Part shown: positions 1-13,249 of the stretch, piece after piece | How the letters are laid out: every line of letters starts with the position of its first letter | Numbering within the stretch: the stretch's first letter is position 1 | Source: Azolla caroliniana | Taxonomy: Eukaryota; Plantae; Polypodiophyta | Length of the DNA stretch: 64,000 nt | Assembly (NCBI GenBank): GCA_043228905.1 | Contig: JBHGNT010000006.1 | Coordinates: 4,464,001 to 4,528,000 of the forward strand | Direction of reading: 5' to 3' | Made by a program: the position numbers and the translations under genes | The notes under the pieces: model-generated | Databases searched by the model: none | Seen by the model: only the letters and a program-made list of their open reading frames with translations | Told to the model about the DNA's origin: nothing

Positions 1-740
1 CTCAGTTACCCGGTCGACCTCCTTAGCCAGTTTATGCAGGCACCACGGAACATTCACCTAGACTGTGCTAAGCGAGTGTTACACTATGTGAGTGGAACCA
101 TGGATTACAGTGTCGTCTACAAATTGGCCACATCGATTCAATTCGAAGGGTACACCTATGACGACTAGGCCGACTACAAAGCCGACAGACGATCCACATT
201 AGGTTTTGTCTTCTCCCTTGGCAACATAGCCATATCTTGGAGCAACAAGAAGCATCCGACATTCGCATTGCTGAGCACATAAGCCGAATACAGGGGCACG
301 ACCATCGCTGCATGTGAAGCCGTTTGGCCGAAAGAATCTTGAAGGATCTGGGTGTTCCCATCATGGATCCAATTCTACTTTACTACGACAACATGAGTAG
401 TATTCATCTAGCTTGGAACCCAGTCTTTCACGCTTGGACCAAGCACATTGAGGTGCATTATCATTTCATCCAAGAGTGTGTCATGGTTGGAGATGTGGAC
501 TTGCAACACATCAGTATTCATCTAGCTTGGAACCCAGTTTTTCACGCTTGGACCAAGCACATTGAGGTGCATTATCATTTCATCCAAGAGTGTGTCATGG
601 TTGGAGATGTGGACTTGCAACACATCAGTATGAAACTGCAAACAACAACATCTTCACAAAGGCCCAGGGAGCTGACATGTAGTTGTTCATGACGAACCTC
701 GGTCTTTTGACCACTAACTAGCCGAGCTTGAGGGGGAGTA
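1..740 (+). mobile_element. Ty1/Copia RT-RNase H 3' remnant (degenerate), cut by window start
   Basis: Translations give ISWSNKKHPTFALLST*AEY, DNMSSIHLAWNPVFHAWTKHIEVHYHFI (Copia RNase H signature) with stops; ends in TTGAGGGGGAG. Confidence 0.9.
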
Positions 741-858
741 AGGATAAGGAGCCGTCCGACCATCCACACCCGAAGCCGGAGTCAACTCAAAGTTGACCCG
801 AAAACTAGACCAGTCCGAACCAACTATCCGGCGATCGGAAATTGTGTTTGAGGGGACG

Positions 859-1146
859 TGTTGAGAATCAAACTCAACTTCCCTAGTGTGGGAACACACC
901 TTAGTATACTCAAGCGTGTGAACACCCCACCCCCTAGTATATAGTAACTAGTGTGTCATAGGACTTAAAGTCCTATGACACATATTTCATAAGTAGTAAA
1001 GACTCCACCTCTTTCCTAAGGAGCGGTTCTAGTGAGAGAACTTAGAGAGAGGGTGACTACATAAGCACCTTGTCCTTGTCCTTCTCTTTGTATTGTTGGT
1101 TCATTTTTGCTTCTTGTTAATACAATTTTCTTGTTTTTTGTATACA
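859..1146 (+). repeat. Putative 3' LTR of the Copia element
   Basis: Purine tract GAGGGGA, then TGTTGAGAATC at 859; plausible ...TATACA end at 1146. No second LTR in the window to confirm the right edge. Confidence 0.5.
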
Positions 1147-1929
1147 TTGTGTTCTCTCTCTCTCTCACACACACACACATCTCTTACGCTGCACAAAATC
1201 ACTCCTGATTCTTGTCAAATTAAACCTTAAAAGTAAATGATTAATAAATTGGAAAATCAAAAAAATTAAAGCTAATTTGATCTTTTCCTCATTCTTGTCA
1301 CTTTATAGTATATACAAGCAAAACATATGTGCCAGGTTTACAATACAACGATCAAGTCTTCATTTTTTCTATCTTAAAAGCAACTAATGAAGAAAAAAAT
1401 GCATGTGTTAAATCTCATTCTATTATTATAAGTTAAGCGACTACTACTAGTAACAAATGGATGATTACTCAAATTAGTTTCAATCCGATAAACTGTTGAA
1501 ATTAAACCATGTGTGCCAAATAGGGATGAATACACACGTTGCAGAGTGAACTCCAAATGGTAATTTATCCTCATACTTATTACCATGTGTGTGTCCATAT
1601 TATACAACTCATTTTGAGGTGAAGGTATGATTTTGTTTCTAAATGTTATATCTTCAAAACATTCCGTGTCAATGTCATTCCTAGGGTTTGAAACTTTAAC
1701 CCTGCTTTCAAAGAGTCTAATCTATTACCGTTGTGCTACACAATGTTGTTTATGCAAAAACTCTTAACTCATGTATTTCAATCATGTCTAAATATCTTCG
1801 TTTATCATTTCCATCATGAAATAGTCATCCTCTCACCACTTTTAATTCTTAGCTACTATTTTATTGTTTCCCCACCCTTCTCTTGGTCTAGAACCTTGAT
1901 GATTTCACCTAGTCACACATAGATATGGT

Positions 1930-2530
1930 GTGCTATGACATAGTAATGGCATCCTCAAATGCGACCAAAACTACATTATCCCAAAGGCACAAGGTGGCAA
2001 ATCTAGCGGCCACTATGTTAAGAATGACAACGCTCACATGATAAATATGGCAAAGTAGCTTATGGTGATCCAAAGTTCAAAAGGATGCATACCTACATTA
2101 TAAGATTGTAGACAAGTGGGCTATAAAAGTGACTTTGATGCATAAGATTTGGGCCATTTGAACCATTTTTTAAATGGGGCCTCAATTTTGCACAAAATGG
2201 GTCAAAGTGAAGGCACTTTGTGACGAACATTGCAACCAACTCCTTTACAAACATATATTGTGTTGCTTGGACTGCCCAAATTTGAGGGTGAATGACCAAG
2301 GCTATCACTTTGTTAATCACATTGTCACAAACATCAAAGGTCATTATGCCTTGGCGCATAAACAAGAGAAAAAGCACTACACACATAGAAATGGTTTCGT
2401 TGAAGCTACAAAGAAGATCCTATAGGGGGATTTTTATAAAGTTTGGTTGAGAGAAATTGTGATGATTGGACAAAAAGACCCAATGTGCATCATGAGCATA
2501 TTGAATGAGCTTTCAAACGAACATAAGCGT
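1930..2530 (+). mobile_element. Degenerate Ty3/Gypsy integrase fragment
   Basis: PFEPFFKWGLNF, TKWVKVKAL, NDQGYHFVN and NGFVEATKKIL match the integrase core pattern KWGLDF/TKWVEA/SDQGxHF/NGxAExxNK. Confidence 0.75.
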
Positions 2531-3149
2531 GTTCATCTCAAGGTCACCACTCCATTCAAATACTAACCTCCATATCCAAGATCACCCAATCAATTGTTTC
2601 CCACCATCATTCAACATGCGCAATCTACTGTGCGACAAGACATTAAGAAGACATAAAATTCTAATTTGGGCAAGAGAGAAGGTTTCACCAATCACCTCTA
2701 GTAGATCTTACACTCTCGTAACAATTGCTCATCTTCTTGATGGAGCAACATACTTCAGGCCATATTCTATAAGTGTCCAAGCAGACTACACCATTACAAA
2801 TCAGTCCAAAAGACGCGTCCTCACTATTACTTATGTATCCTAAAACTTTGCTTGTACAATTAGGGGCATAATGTTCGTTAGACTCCCTGCCTACTTTACT
2901 TAGGTTACCAACTAGGCCAATAACACATGTTTGAAGTAATGGCATGTGTGAGGGTTCGTGCCAATAGTCTACATGAATCCATCATTGTGCTTTGAAGTAT
3001 CTACAAAAGAGAAATCCATGCAAATGCCTTAGTTGGGATGCGTTTGATTGTATGGAGCCATTCAGATACTTGATGAGGTCTATTAAAGCATAGCCTCTAA
3101 TCCCAACTAGGAATATCAATGACTAGCGAACCCACTTACAATGCCAATA

Positions 3150-3450
3150 TTTGGAAGCCTTATGCAAACATTTTCAAGAAGCATATCACCGATGAAGGAA
3201 TGACATTAGTAAAGCAAGCAGAAGATACAACAAGCAATAAAAAGGCTGAGAAGAAGGATGTTGTAACTGGATTAGACCAAGCATTTGTACGGAATGTGTT
3301 TGAATTGCATGATAAATGTCAGCAATATGTGAGTAATGCTTTGTACATCATTCCCTCTTTCACAAGGCTCTAAAGGAAGCTTTTGAAGTCTTTTGTAACA
3401 AAGGTGTTGTTGGAAGCAGCAATGCTGAGCTATTGGTTGTATTTTGTAGC
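3150..3450 (+). pseudogene. CUL1: Cullin-1 coding fragment (frameshifted, no introns), followed by LINE-type tail and poly(A)
   Basis: ANIFKKHITDEGMTLVKQAED...KKAEKKDVV...FVRNVFELHDK, then after a frameshift [33 protein letters not shown]; closely resembles plant CUL1. Confidence 0.85.
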
Positions 3451-3940
3451 AGATATGCTTTTTAAAACTAATGGAAGGATATCTTGTTTAGGGGAAAAAA
3501 AGAATTCTACTAAGTATACATGTGGACTACTATTGCATGACACAATTAGTGTGATTTGGTTGATGTGAATAATCTTTCAATGGAGTATTAGGGAAATTTA
3601 TGAAAACTTGTACTTCTCGGTGGTTTTTTTGGACATGGCTAAGGTCATATGGAATAGTGTTGATGATATGTTTAAGTACCATACTCTCAAGAATAACTCT
3701 TACTATTAATATTTGGTAAGAGGGAAGTTGACATATAATAAAAAAGACATATTATATTACAATTTCTACACAATAATGTTTTTATAGTAAGGAAGAAAGA
3801 TACATCGATGGTGTATGAAAATGTAAGTTGCATAAAATTTGGTAAAACATAATGTGGTTATGGATATATGTCAAACGATGGGAATAATTAACATGAGGAA
3901 ATAGTAAATGATGCACTTTCTTCAAGTTAATTCACAATTG

Positions 3941-6900
3941 TCAAGTGCGACCCTTTAGTACATGCTTCCTTAAGCCTGGAATATGTATCTGTTTTATGTA
4001 AGTCTCCCAATCAATGTCATTGATATTGAAGCCAAATAACTCTTTTTCTTTGGGTGAAAGGTTTTCATGCAATTGTTGGGCCTTTGAAGTATCAAATCTA
4101 CAAAATTATGAACATGTTGATATGAAAAAATTAGAATTAAGTTGAAAGAGCACATATAATAAACATATTTAGTGTAGATCAGTTCATGTGCCCACATAAT
4201 ACAAATGCATGATCTTTTTTTTATACCGATGTTAACACCTCTACATGCACTTTCAAACACCACAAAAGTTCACTTTCAATACAAAATAGCTTGAAACTTT
4301 GATGTCTCCCTCATGAAACCTTATACTTTCATACTTTCCAAGCCAAATGCATTTAGAAGAACCTACCTTCCTGCGTAGAAGGTGTAAGGTTGATAAATAT
4401 TGGCCAAGTACGTGGCATGTTCTTTTAGTTTGTTAGCTATTTGTTGGTTTCTCTTGAACAATTTTGGGTTCAATCCCTGGAAAGAAGTAAAGGATCATGT
4501 TAAGTATGTTTCCATACGTGTACGTATATGTATATATTTATGGGAAACATAGTACTGTAGATTTAAGTCTAGGGATCCCTTATAATTCAACATATGTTTG
4601 TAAAGATATGTCAAAATAGACTTAGACAATGAGTTATTCAATAATAATATGCACATTAATCTCTAAGACACTCTATAGATAATTGATGTAACAAGTTACC
4701 ATTTCGTGAAGTGAGGCTAAGATCGCAGAAAAAATATTAAATGATTCACTTCCAAATCATGTGTTCATCACATATCTCATTGTGCGCCAACAAGATGTGG
4801 CCTAGTGTCATGTTACCCTCGGTGAAAGTGGAGTACGAGAAAGTATGTTACGTGGGGCGTGAAGTATTATGGCTAAGAAGTTGGGGAGTGTTTTTTCAGT
4901 TTTCTAGGGAGGATGAGTGGAGACAAATTGTCAAAAGGTATTGTATTATGATGTATACATTTGGTACTAGGCCTTATGTATTGTTATTTATAAGTTGGTT
5001 AAATGTGGAAAATAAAAGACTGTCTCAAGATGTAGCTAGTTTGTGTACATTGAAAGTGGAAATTATAAGAGTGGTTTGGCTTTGCTTGGGGAAGCCATCC
5101 TTATGAGACAATCATTTTATTATGGGGCAGAGATGGATGATGTTAAAGGATGTTGAAGCACTTCTAGGGAGTGAGTGACAAGGAGGATAGATTATGTTTC
5201 ATTTACTTTTCAAATTTGGGCTGTGGTTTTCTCTTTTTTCTGGGGAGGATGAGTGGAGCAATTTTAGGTGTAGCTAACTATGAGCAGGTTGAAGAAGGAT
5301 GGTGTTTCACAATGCAACTTCTTTGTGTGGAGACAAAGTAATGGAAGACGCTAGAAGGCCGCCATATGACCCTCATCTTGTGTGCTTTTACCTATGAGGA
5401 AAGAGGGACTTCCGGTTCGGGCTATGGCTTCTAAAAATGCACTAATTTCAGGATATTACTACCACGTGGCACTATAGGAGTGGTTAATAGGTATAGGACC
5501 TTGCAATGGAATCATGAGTATCAGGCTGCTAAAAGACAATATTGAGCTTGGAAAGGCTTTGTTGGACATATGCTATATGTGGCTAGGTGGATCATGGTTC
5601 AACAGAGATTTTTTGTGGTTTACTTGGTGATCATACAACAAGGATTGGATGTGGCCGAATGATGTAATTTGAAGAATGGTCTGCATGCTATGGTTCTCCG
5701 AAGTTGTGTGAGCATACAAGTGGTTCATTGTCTTCATGTATATGAGGTAGTTTCAAGAGAATGGAGGGAGTATAGAACCAGGAATTTGGTGGTAACTAAC
5801 AAGATGATTGATGTGGAAAGAGGAAGCATTCTTTTTGTGTTTACAAACGTGCATTTATATAGGGTAAAGGAAGATTTATTGGAATTGCATTGGTGGATAT
5901 AGCACGCTGAAAAATCATTCTAATGGTTCCAATCTAGGAGTTGCGAGGGCTTGTCTCTGGATGTCACAACTTTTGTTTCTGTTTATGGAATAGCTTGGAA
6001 TGTATTGATTACAAATTATGCTAAACAAGAGCAGGTTGAAGAAGCATTGAAATGGTTCATATCTATGAGCTGCGAGGGCTTGTCTCTTGATGCAACTACT
6101 TTTGTTGTTGTCAATGGAATAACTTGGAATGTGTCTATAGAATAACTTTCAGATTAGTTTTTCCTCTACTTTGGAGTACATAGATTTGTTTCCTTAACCA
6201 TCGTCTTATAAAGATGAGTTGGGAAAAAATATTTTGTATGTTGGAGTTGTTATGACTTTTCTAAAAACTAATGGAAGGATATTTTGGTTTTGGTAAAAAA
6301 AAAGAAGTATTATGGCTGAGAAATGTTTTAGCCAAATGAGATAGGATGTAGTAGCCACAATTGCATCATTATCACAATGATTGTGATGTTCCATGGGCAA
6401 ATCAAGACTATAGAGACCGAATACCACTTTATAAAAAACCTCACTTCATATTAAAAAGACACTAGTGCATCCTTTATATCTTAATGAATAAATGTGTATT
6501 AGGGTAAATGCAAGAACTAGTATTGGGAAAAGTGGTGTAAAAAAATTTAAGTTCAATTCAAATTTAGATAAAGGCTTTAGGCTTGAGGAGTCTTTCAAAC
6601 AAAGGGCCTATAAAATCGTTTAAATAGTCGAAACAATAAATTTAGAAGCTCTCTAGCTTAACGTGGTTGAAGAGCCTCACGAACTACCATTTCTCACTTT
6701 AACTTCTAGTTTCGTACATATTTGTGTATAATTGAATAGAAATTTGGTGTTGATATCATTATTATAAATTTTTAGAATACCTTAGCTTCCGATTTAAGGC
6801 GAGATAATGCCTCCATATATGTATCCATGTCTGGGTAAACTTTGATTTTGAGAGTGTTGATAGGTTGGCCTTTGCTATCTAAGAACGGGTTCTCTTGAAA

Positions 6901-8035
6901 TTGTTCTTCCAGTAATCTCACAAAGTTGGAGAAGAAAAAGGGGTTCACCAGTGAGGATGCAACTTGGTAAACTTGTAAACCTGCCTTGCAAGCATGTTTT
7001 GCCATGGCTGCAAGCATTGCATTCGCTACCATATCTACTGGCACCTATATCATGTTACCAAAAATTGTTTCATAAACATGGCATTCAACGACATACAAAA
7101 GAATATATTATAAATGAAGTGCATATGTTTGCATGTATGTGTGTACACCAAATTTTTAATTGCTTTTTCCATTGGTTGCGTCTTAGACTAGGAGAAAGAG
7201 ACCGAGGGTTAGAGACAAGAAAGTATCAAGTTTTCTAAGAGCAACAAATGTGTAGTTTTCATAATTATTTTCAAACGAGATTTCTTTCCAAGTAGATCAT
7301 ATTGTAGATATGGAATAACTACATTTGATTTGAACAATAGGACATTGAATTAGAGTCTGTGTGATTAAGATACGGCCAAAATAGTTAGTTGATATGTTCA
7401 AGGTAAAAAACAATAAGGAGAGGAAAATATAGATCTATCAATAGATAGGTTTTATTATTTTCGTTGGATGTCAAAATTTGGCATGAGTTACAAGACGAAA
7501 ACATATTGATGTAATCTTTGGAGTTTAGGAGAGATTGTCAACATTCAAGAACGCACTAATAAACATGCAATTGACTTGTGCATTTTGTGATTGAGAAAGA
7601 AGTAATGTGCATATTGTGATTGAGAAAGAAGTAATGTGCACATTGTGATTGAGAAAGAAGTATTGTGCATATTGTGATTGAGAAGATGCTAACCACATCG
7701 AGAACACCATTGGGGTCCATGAGGAAGCCATCAAGTTGACCTTTTCCATATGCGATTATCAAAGGATCCATCATCCTTGTGTTTAGAAACTCAACAAAAT
7801 CGTTATGGTCCTGAAGTGCGTCAAACTATGTACATAAATGTTATTATGCACAATACCTGTTGCCTTCAATCCAACCTGGAATTGGTTCTCTAAATGAGCT
7901 CTCCACTATACTTGGTCTCATAATCACAGTTGGCAGATCATCACGCATACTGTCAATAACCATCTCCCCTAGTGCCTTGGTAAAGACATATGTGTCTTGC
8001 CAACCAAAATGGTTTGCCCTAAACGTGAAATGATC

Positions 8036-8110
<75 letters not shown>

Positions 8111-10446
8111 CACATTATGCACGCTATATAACAAATTCCTCTTAAAATGGCATTACAAATCACTTTCAACCCCCACCAAGTATTGAATGCACTACAATTG
8201 CCAATGTTAATAACAAATGAACGAGAATATCATTCAATCTCACATTAACTCAGAAGCAGTAACAAATCTTAACATACTAATTCAATATTAGGGTTCACTA
8301 AACATTTTACCTTTCCAATCCTAATTCCTTCATGGCTGAAGTAAGGAGCTTTTCTCTATGAGGATAAGTAGAAGATTTAGATGAGGGTGTGTTAACCATT
8401 GTAGATCCAATCGAGTTGAAGGAACTCAATTTCTCTTTGACAAGTTTGGACTCAAAATCCACAAAAAGTTTTGGATGCAAAATTTCTCCCATTGTCTTGG
8501 TTTCATTAGCAATGTTGTATCCAGGATTGAAGGTTTTTTCATGAAGAATTCCTTCACGTTTGCCATGGGCAAAGGCTACAAAACAATATATCTTAATATG
8601 TTAAAAATATAGCAAATGTATAGCAAGTAAATTCAAGTTTTGAAGTATTCGAAGGTGCATCATGTCACCTGTAGACACGTGCATTACAAGTTGCAAGTGC
8701 TGACAACTTTTCGCAAATTCCATGATTCTTCGAGGGCCTTCCGTGTTCAAATTTAGTGCATGGTCGTACCTACCCATAGTTGCTTTTTTAGTAAAATCTT
8801 GAGACTACATTCTAGCTAATTACTATGTTTACAAGGAACAATGTTAAGATTACAACATTCAAGAGTTTGAAACTTGCATTGCTTCTTAGAAAATTATACT
8901 ATAAGTAGATTAAACAAAATTTCCAATGTTATGTGAAACTAAAAATAGTTTCATTGCAAGTAGGGAACTATGTTGTTGAAATACTACAGGCATGGTTGTG
9001 GTTATTTGGTCGAAATGTGACAAATAAAAAGAAAATTATTAATCCATCTCACCGTTCGTCAAAGGTTGTCGTGCCAGCAGAATTGACAATTATATCTAGT
9101 TTTGTGGTAAGGGAAGTGAATGTCAAGGGATCCATCCCCAATGTCTCCTTGGTTATGTCACCTACCACTGCAGTTACCTTTTGGTCCATGAACGCTTCAT
9201 ATTCCTCACCATATCGACATTGCAAGAATTTGAATAGGTTACTACATAAGATCTCCTCCTTTAGTCTACTCTTTGCCCACCTTGCATCCTTTGCATTGAT
9301 CAATAAGTATAATTGCCTTACATTTGGTTGCACTCGTAATATCTTCTCCACGAGGACTACATTGGAGAATACATTCATATAATGTTGTGAAAACACAAGA
9401 ACAATCAGGCTTCTCATAACATAAGTGAATTGGAAAAAACTTGTGACTTATTTGTTTTCAAGTATTTGATAGTCCTCTAACAAATGGGTGAATAATTTCA
9501 ATGTTTATGTTGGAGATCCATAATGGATAGATAAATAACAACTTGGAGGATAATAATCCTAAATGATGATTATGGAATTGAATATGTTTATACAATTTTA
9601 TGTTTGATAGTTAGTTAATCCTTGTGAACATTTGAGACGAAAACTAAAAAATAGATTGAATGAATGCTCAAATAATTAATAGTTTGTGGAATGTAATTAA
9701 TGGCATATAATTTTAACCTCATGCTTTAATTAGAGCATTTTATAAACCACTAGACTATGTTTGATCACTAATCTTTCCATGATGCAAGTACACAATGTTG
9801 GAAATCATATGTATGTAAGCATGTGCCCTTCTTAGGGCACGTGTGTCCTACTATTTTGTGTGCTTAAACTTTGTTGCTCTATGAGAAGTATTGTAAAATT
9901 GAGGGACTCAATGTTAGAAATCATGGGGCATGATATGGAGTAAAATGTGAGGCAAACTTGACAGACAGGTTATGATAACAATATGGAAACCAGTCCAGTT
10001 ATGAAGTGTACAATATGTGAAGATAAAAATGGGTTAATCATACCTTTGGCAAGGAAACCAGTAGCTCCAGTTATGAAGATATTCTTATCCTTGAGGAAAG
10101 AAATAATGCCAAGGCCAGGTGGAGACTTGTATTGTTTGCTAGAGAGAGTTTCCAAATAGTCAAAATCTTGCATGTGATTCATGTTGTCATCGAGATTGGA
10201 GTGTTGGTCAAGGTGAAGAAGTTCTTGGGCCAAGCATAAGCTTGTTGATTCATTGTGCTTATTGTTACTTGGAGACTTAATATAATTGGCTTTCGAGGTT
10301 ACACTTGGTACTTCATTGACACAAGCAATAGTTCTTGTAGGAATATTAACATTGTTTGGGCTATTGGTAATTAGTTTAATGCAAGAACCAAATTGCTTGC
10401 AATTGTAAGCCTTTAACCCCACGATGTCTAAGAAAGAAATATCCAT
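3941..10446 (-). CDS. MS2: Fatty acyl-CoA/ACP reductase, MALE STERILITY 2 / FAR2-like, 9 exons, 615 aa
   Basis: Exons (minus): 10446-10044, 9356-9053, 8769-8669, 8575-8311, 8018-7857, 7775-7694, 7044-6781, 4476-4367, 4097-3941. All introns GT..AG, phases consistent, total 1848 nt. Motifs: [10 protein letters not shown] (NADPH binding), [11 protein letters not shown] (YxxxK), [11 protein letters not shown] and [14 protein letters not shown] (MS2-type C-terminus). Long N-terminal extension. Confidence 0.93.
4880..6303 (+). mobile_element. Poly(A)-tailed retroposed insertion in FAR intron 7 carrying degenerate PPR fragments
   Basis: TSD GAAGTATTATGGCT(A/G)AGAA at 4861-4879 and 6304-6322; tail AAAACTAATGGAAGGATAT...A-run. 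PPR peptides [14 protein letters not shown] and [39 protein letters not shown]. Confidence 0.75.
7578..7686. repeat. 29-bp tandem repeat (about 3.7 copies) in FAR intron 6
   Basis: GTGCATATTGTGATTGAGAAAGAAGTAAT repeated. Confidence 0.9.
8040..8107. repeat. Compound (CT)n(CA)n microsatellite
   Basis: Read directly. Confidence 0.95.
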
Positions 10447-12469
10447 ACTCAAGAGAAATGAAAACAAATGGAGAGAATTGCTTGCTCGTGTTCATTTGGC
10501 TATAATTAGAACACTTATAAAGGCAAGGTAGATAGACTTTAGTATTGTGTTTGCATGATTATGGTATGGAATACCTAGATCCATAGCTATAGCTACTTGG
10601 TAAAATCTAGAATTTTTGGACTTACTTTCCAGAACAACCCAATCATATTTGTACACCACATTTCTATGAGTTTTTATGCTACATGATCTCCAGTTGAGCA
10701 CAAACAATCTTTTTTTAATGAATGTACCATCATAACCCATAAGTTAAATTGTGAAGTTAAACTTTTAGAACTACTCGCCTTTCTACTCAAATTGATTTTA
10801 AAGTTGGGCTATTGGGATAGTTACTTTTCAAAAATGAAGGTCCCATAATGAGAAATGAATACCTCCTTACCTTACATGGTATACTAGCTTACCAATCTCA
10901 ATGTTAGTTGGTTGCCCTAACTACCACAATTCCCCTATGACCTCTTCAATATATACATGGATATTATTGGATTGTATAACAATTGACTCAAGGTACAATT
11001 AGAACAATCATCATTGTTCGATAAAAATAAAAACAGTAAAAAGCATCATACTACAAATATTTTATTGCACTTTTAATATCTTCAAGGAAGGGGCCATGCA
11101 TGATATTTCTCATGATAAGTTTAGAGCTAAAACTATTGACTTAAAATGACATTATGGGTGGCGGTGTGAAATGTTCTACTATCTAGTTTTCAAAGGAATC
11201 ATGTGATCCAATCTCGAGCATTGTCTCTCTTTTCACTTCTTGTATATTAATCTATTCATGTATTATCATTGATTGCCTAATATATTTGTAAATTTAGCAC
11301 CAATGCAAAATAATAGAGCTTTGGGTAAAGCTATATTGTGAGCACATCCGAAACCATCCCTATCCATGATCTAAGTTTAAACTTTGGTAAACTAGTATCA
11401 CTTTGCAATTGGCATGTCTAACATTTAATTGTTGACATCCTTCAAAGTGTATTAGTGCTAATCTTTCTTAACCAAAGCCATATTTTAAGACAAAATCGAT
11501 GTGAACAAGTAAGATTATCTCTACTTGCAGTAATCAACTAACTAGGTTAATTACCCATGGGATGAATCCATGACCTCAAAGGTTTAAACTTTTTACAACT
11601 TAACTTTCTAGGTTGCATTGTTGAAATTTACAAAGTGGTTTTTCCTCTACATCCACTGAATTAATTGCTATATTTTCTTGTCCAAAGGCCAACCAAGGCA
11701 AACAATTAAGAATCCTCATATTGTCACGTCCTAAACTTTCTTAACTATCCAACATGCATAATTCCATTTACGTTTTAATGATATCATTCCTTGCTTGCCA
11801 GTCATTAAGATCTCACACAATATTTACAAAAACTATTCTAGATTTAAGAAAAACACCAAGAATTCTCAAAAGCTTGCATGAATTTTGTCGGCGTTCTTAA
11901 ACATTAACAAATTGTACCTTAGTTATTTACTACTTTTCTAAAGCAACACCTTTCTTACAATACTATATAACATATTCTTTACATAGTATTGGCGTTGAAC
12001 CCAAAAACTTTTACATTTTATCATTGGGATGTTAGTCAAACCATAAGTTATATGATCTACATTAAAATGTCAAGCTTCTCGAGTGTCAGTAATAATAAAA
12101 AAAGTACGCATTAATATCATGTGCAATTCATGTCATATATTTTCTTTGCAATCAAACGAGCAAGGCAAGGCCACACTAATATTTCCTCCAATGCTAACCG
12201 TAGTTGTTTGATAGGATGAGCTATAAAGTCTTACATTCGGGAGAAACAATTTGTTTCAATTTACCACAACTAATGTATATCATAATGATGATAAACATAA
12301 CGACATCACATTAATATCAACTAATGAACTCTTTAAGCAAACTTTTCTATTTGTTTGTAGTTATGATAGATTTATTTTCTCAATGTGTAATAAAATTGCT
12401 TTTGCCACAATTACCTCAAGTAGGCTTCATTTTGCTATTTGAGGAATTAATAAAATACACAAAAATACT

Positions 12470-13154
12470 TTTGTTTGGAAGAAGGGCCATATATAGGAGG
12501 GGTCGAAGGGTGGACAGACACCGTCAATGCGGATAGTTGGTGCTATGTATGCACAAGAGGCAAAATCGTCAAGATCCGTTTCGAAAGAGGCTTGCAGCCC
12601 GCATCCCCTAGGTTTCCAAAAATCTGGATGTTGATCGCAGGTTTCACTTTGTGGTATATATGGAAAGCGCGTTGCCTCAAGGTTTTCCAAGGTACGGTAC
12701 GGCCCCCGGAGGAAATGATCATGGACATATGGTTCGCGATTATCAGCTGCCTACGAGGGCAAATGGAAGAGATTTGCAGCCACTCCAACGACGTGGTCTC
12801 TGCCCGTTTGCGCTTTTGGCAGAAATGGTGGAACACACCTATGGTGATGCAAGGCGGGAGTGGCCCGAGGTGGAACTACCATCCCCCACGTTGGTCGTTT
12901 CCTACTCACTTGCCACCCTCTCTTCGTTGTAGGCCCCAAGAGCCGACTCGTACTAGGCAACATTGAAGGGCATCGCCTTAGATATAGGTAGCTTCTTACA
13001 TTAAGTTAGGCCGCAAGGCATTGTAAGTAGGCTCATCTTCTTTTACTTGATCGGAGGAAGACTCCCCGATGTGTGTATAAGTCTCCTTGTAGACTCTCTA
13101 TGTAATAATCCTTCCTAACTAATGGGAAAGTAGCTTCATTTTGGAAAAAAAAAA
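12470..13154 (+). mobile_element. 5'-truncated L1-like LINE 3' end
   Basis: ORF 12475-12966 has LWYIWKARC...PRWNYHPPRWSFP (ORF2 C-terminus shared with other copies); tail CTAACTAATGGGAAAG...TTTTGG(A)10. Confidence 0.8.
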
Positions 13155-13249
13155 CCCAATATTGCAACTCTTTAATCATCCAAATTGCTTTTATGTTAAT
13201 TATTTTCTTAGAAATGCTAGTAGTTGTTTACTTGATTGTTGGACACAAA

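Noticed and set aside
4430-4480. GGGTTCAATCCC B-box-like motif suggesting a SINE
   Set aside because: It is the reverse strand of the FAR exon 8 start and its splice acceptor.
6560-6720. Possible next FAR exon (…FYRPFV)
   Set aside because: Stops in the frames tried; the true exon 8 is at 4476-4367 with [12 protein letters not shown].
11150-11600. Weak tRNA/SINE-like boxes upstream of FAR
   Set aside because: Too degenerate to support by eye.
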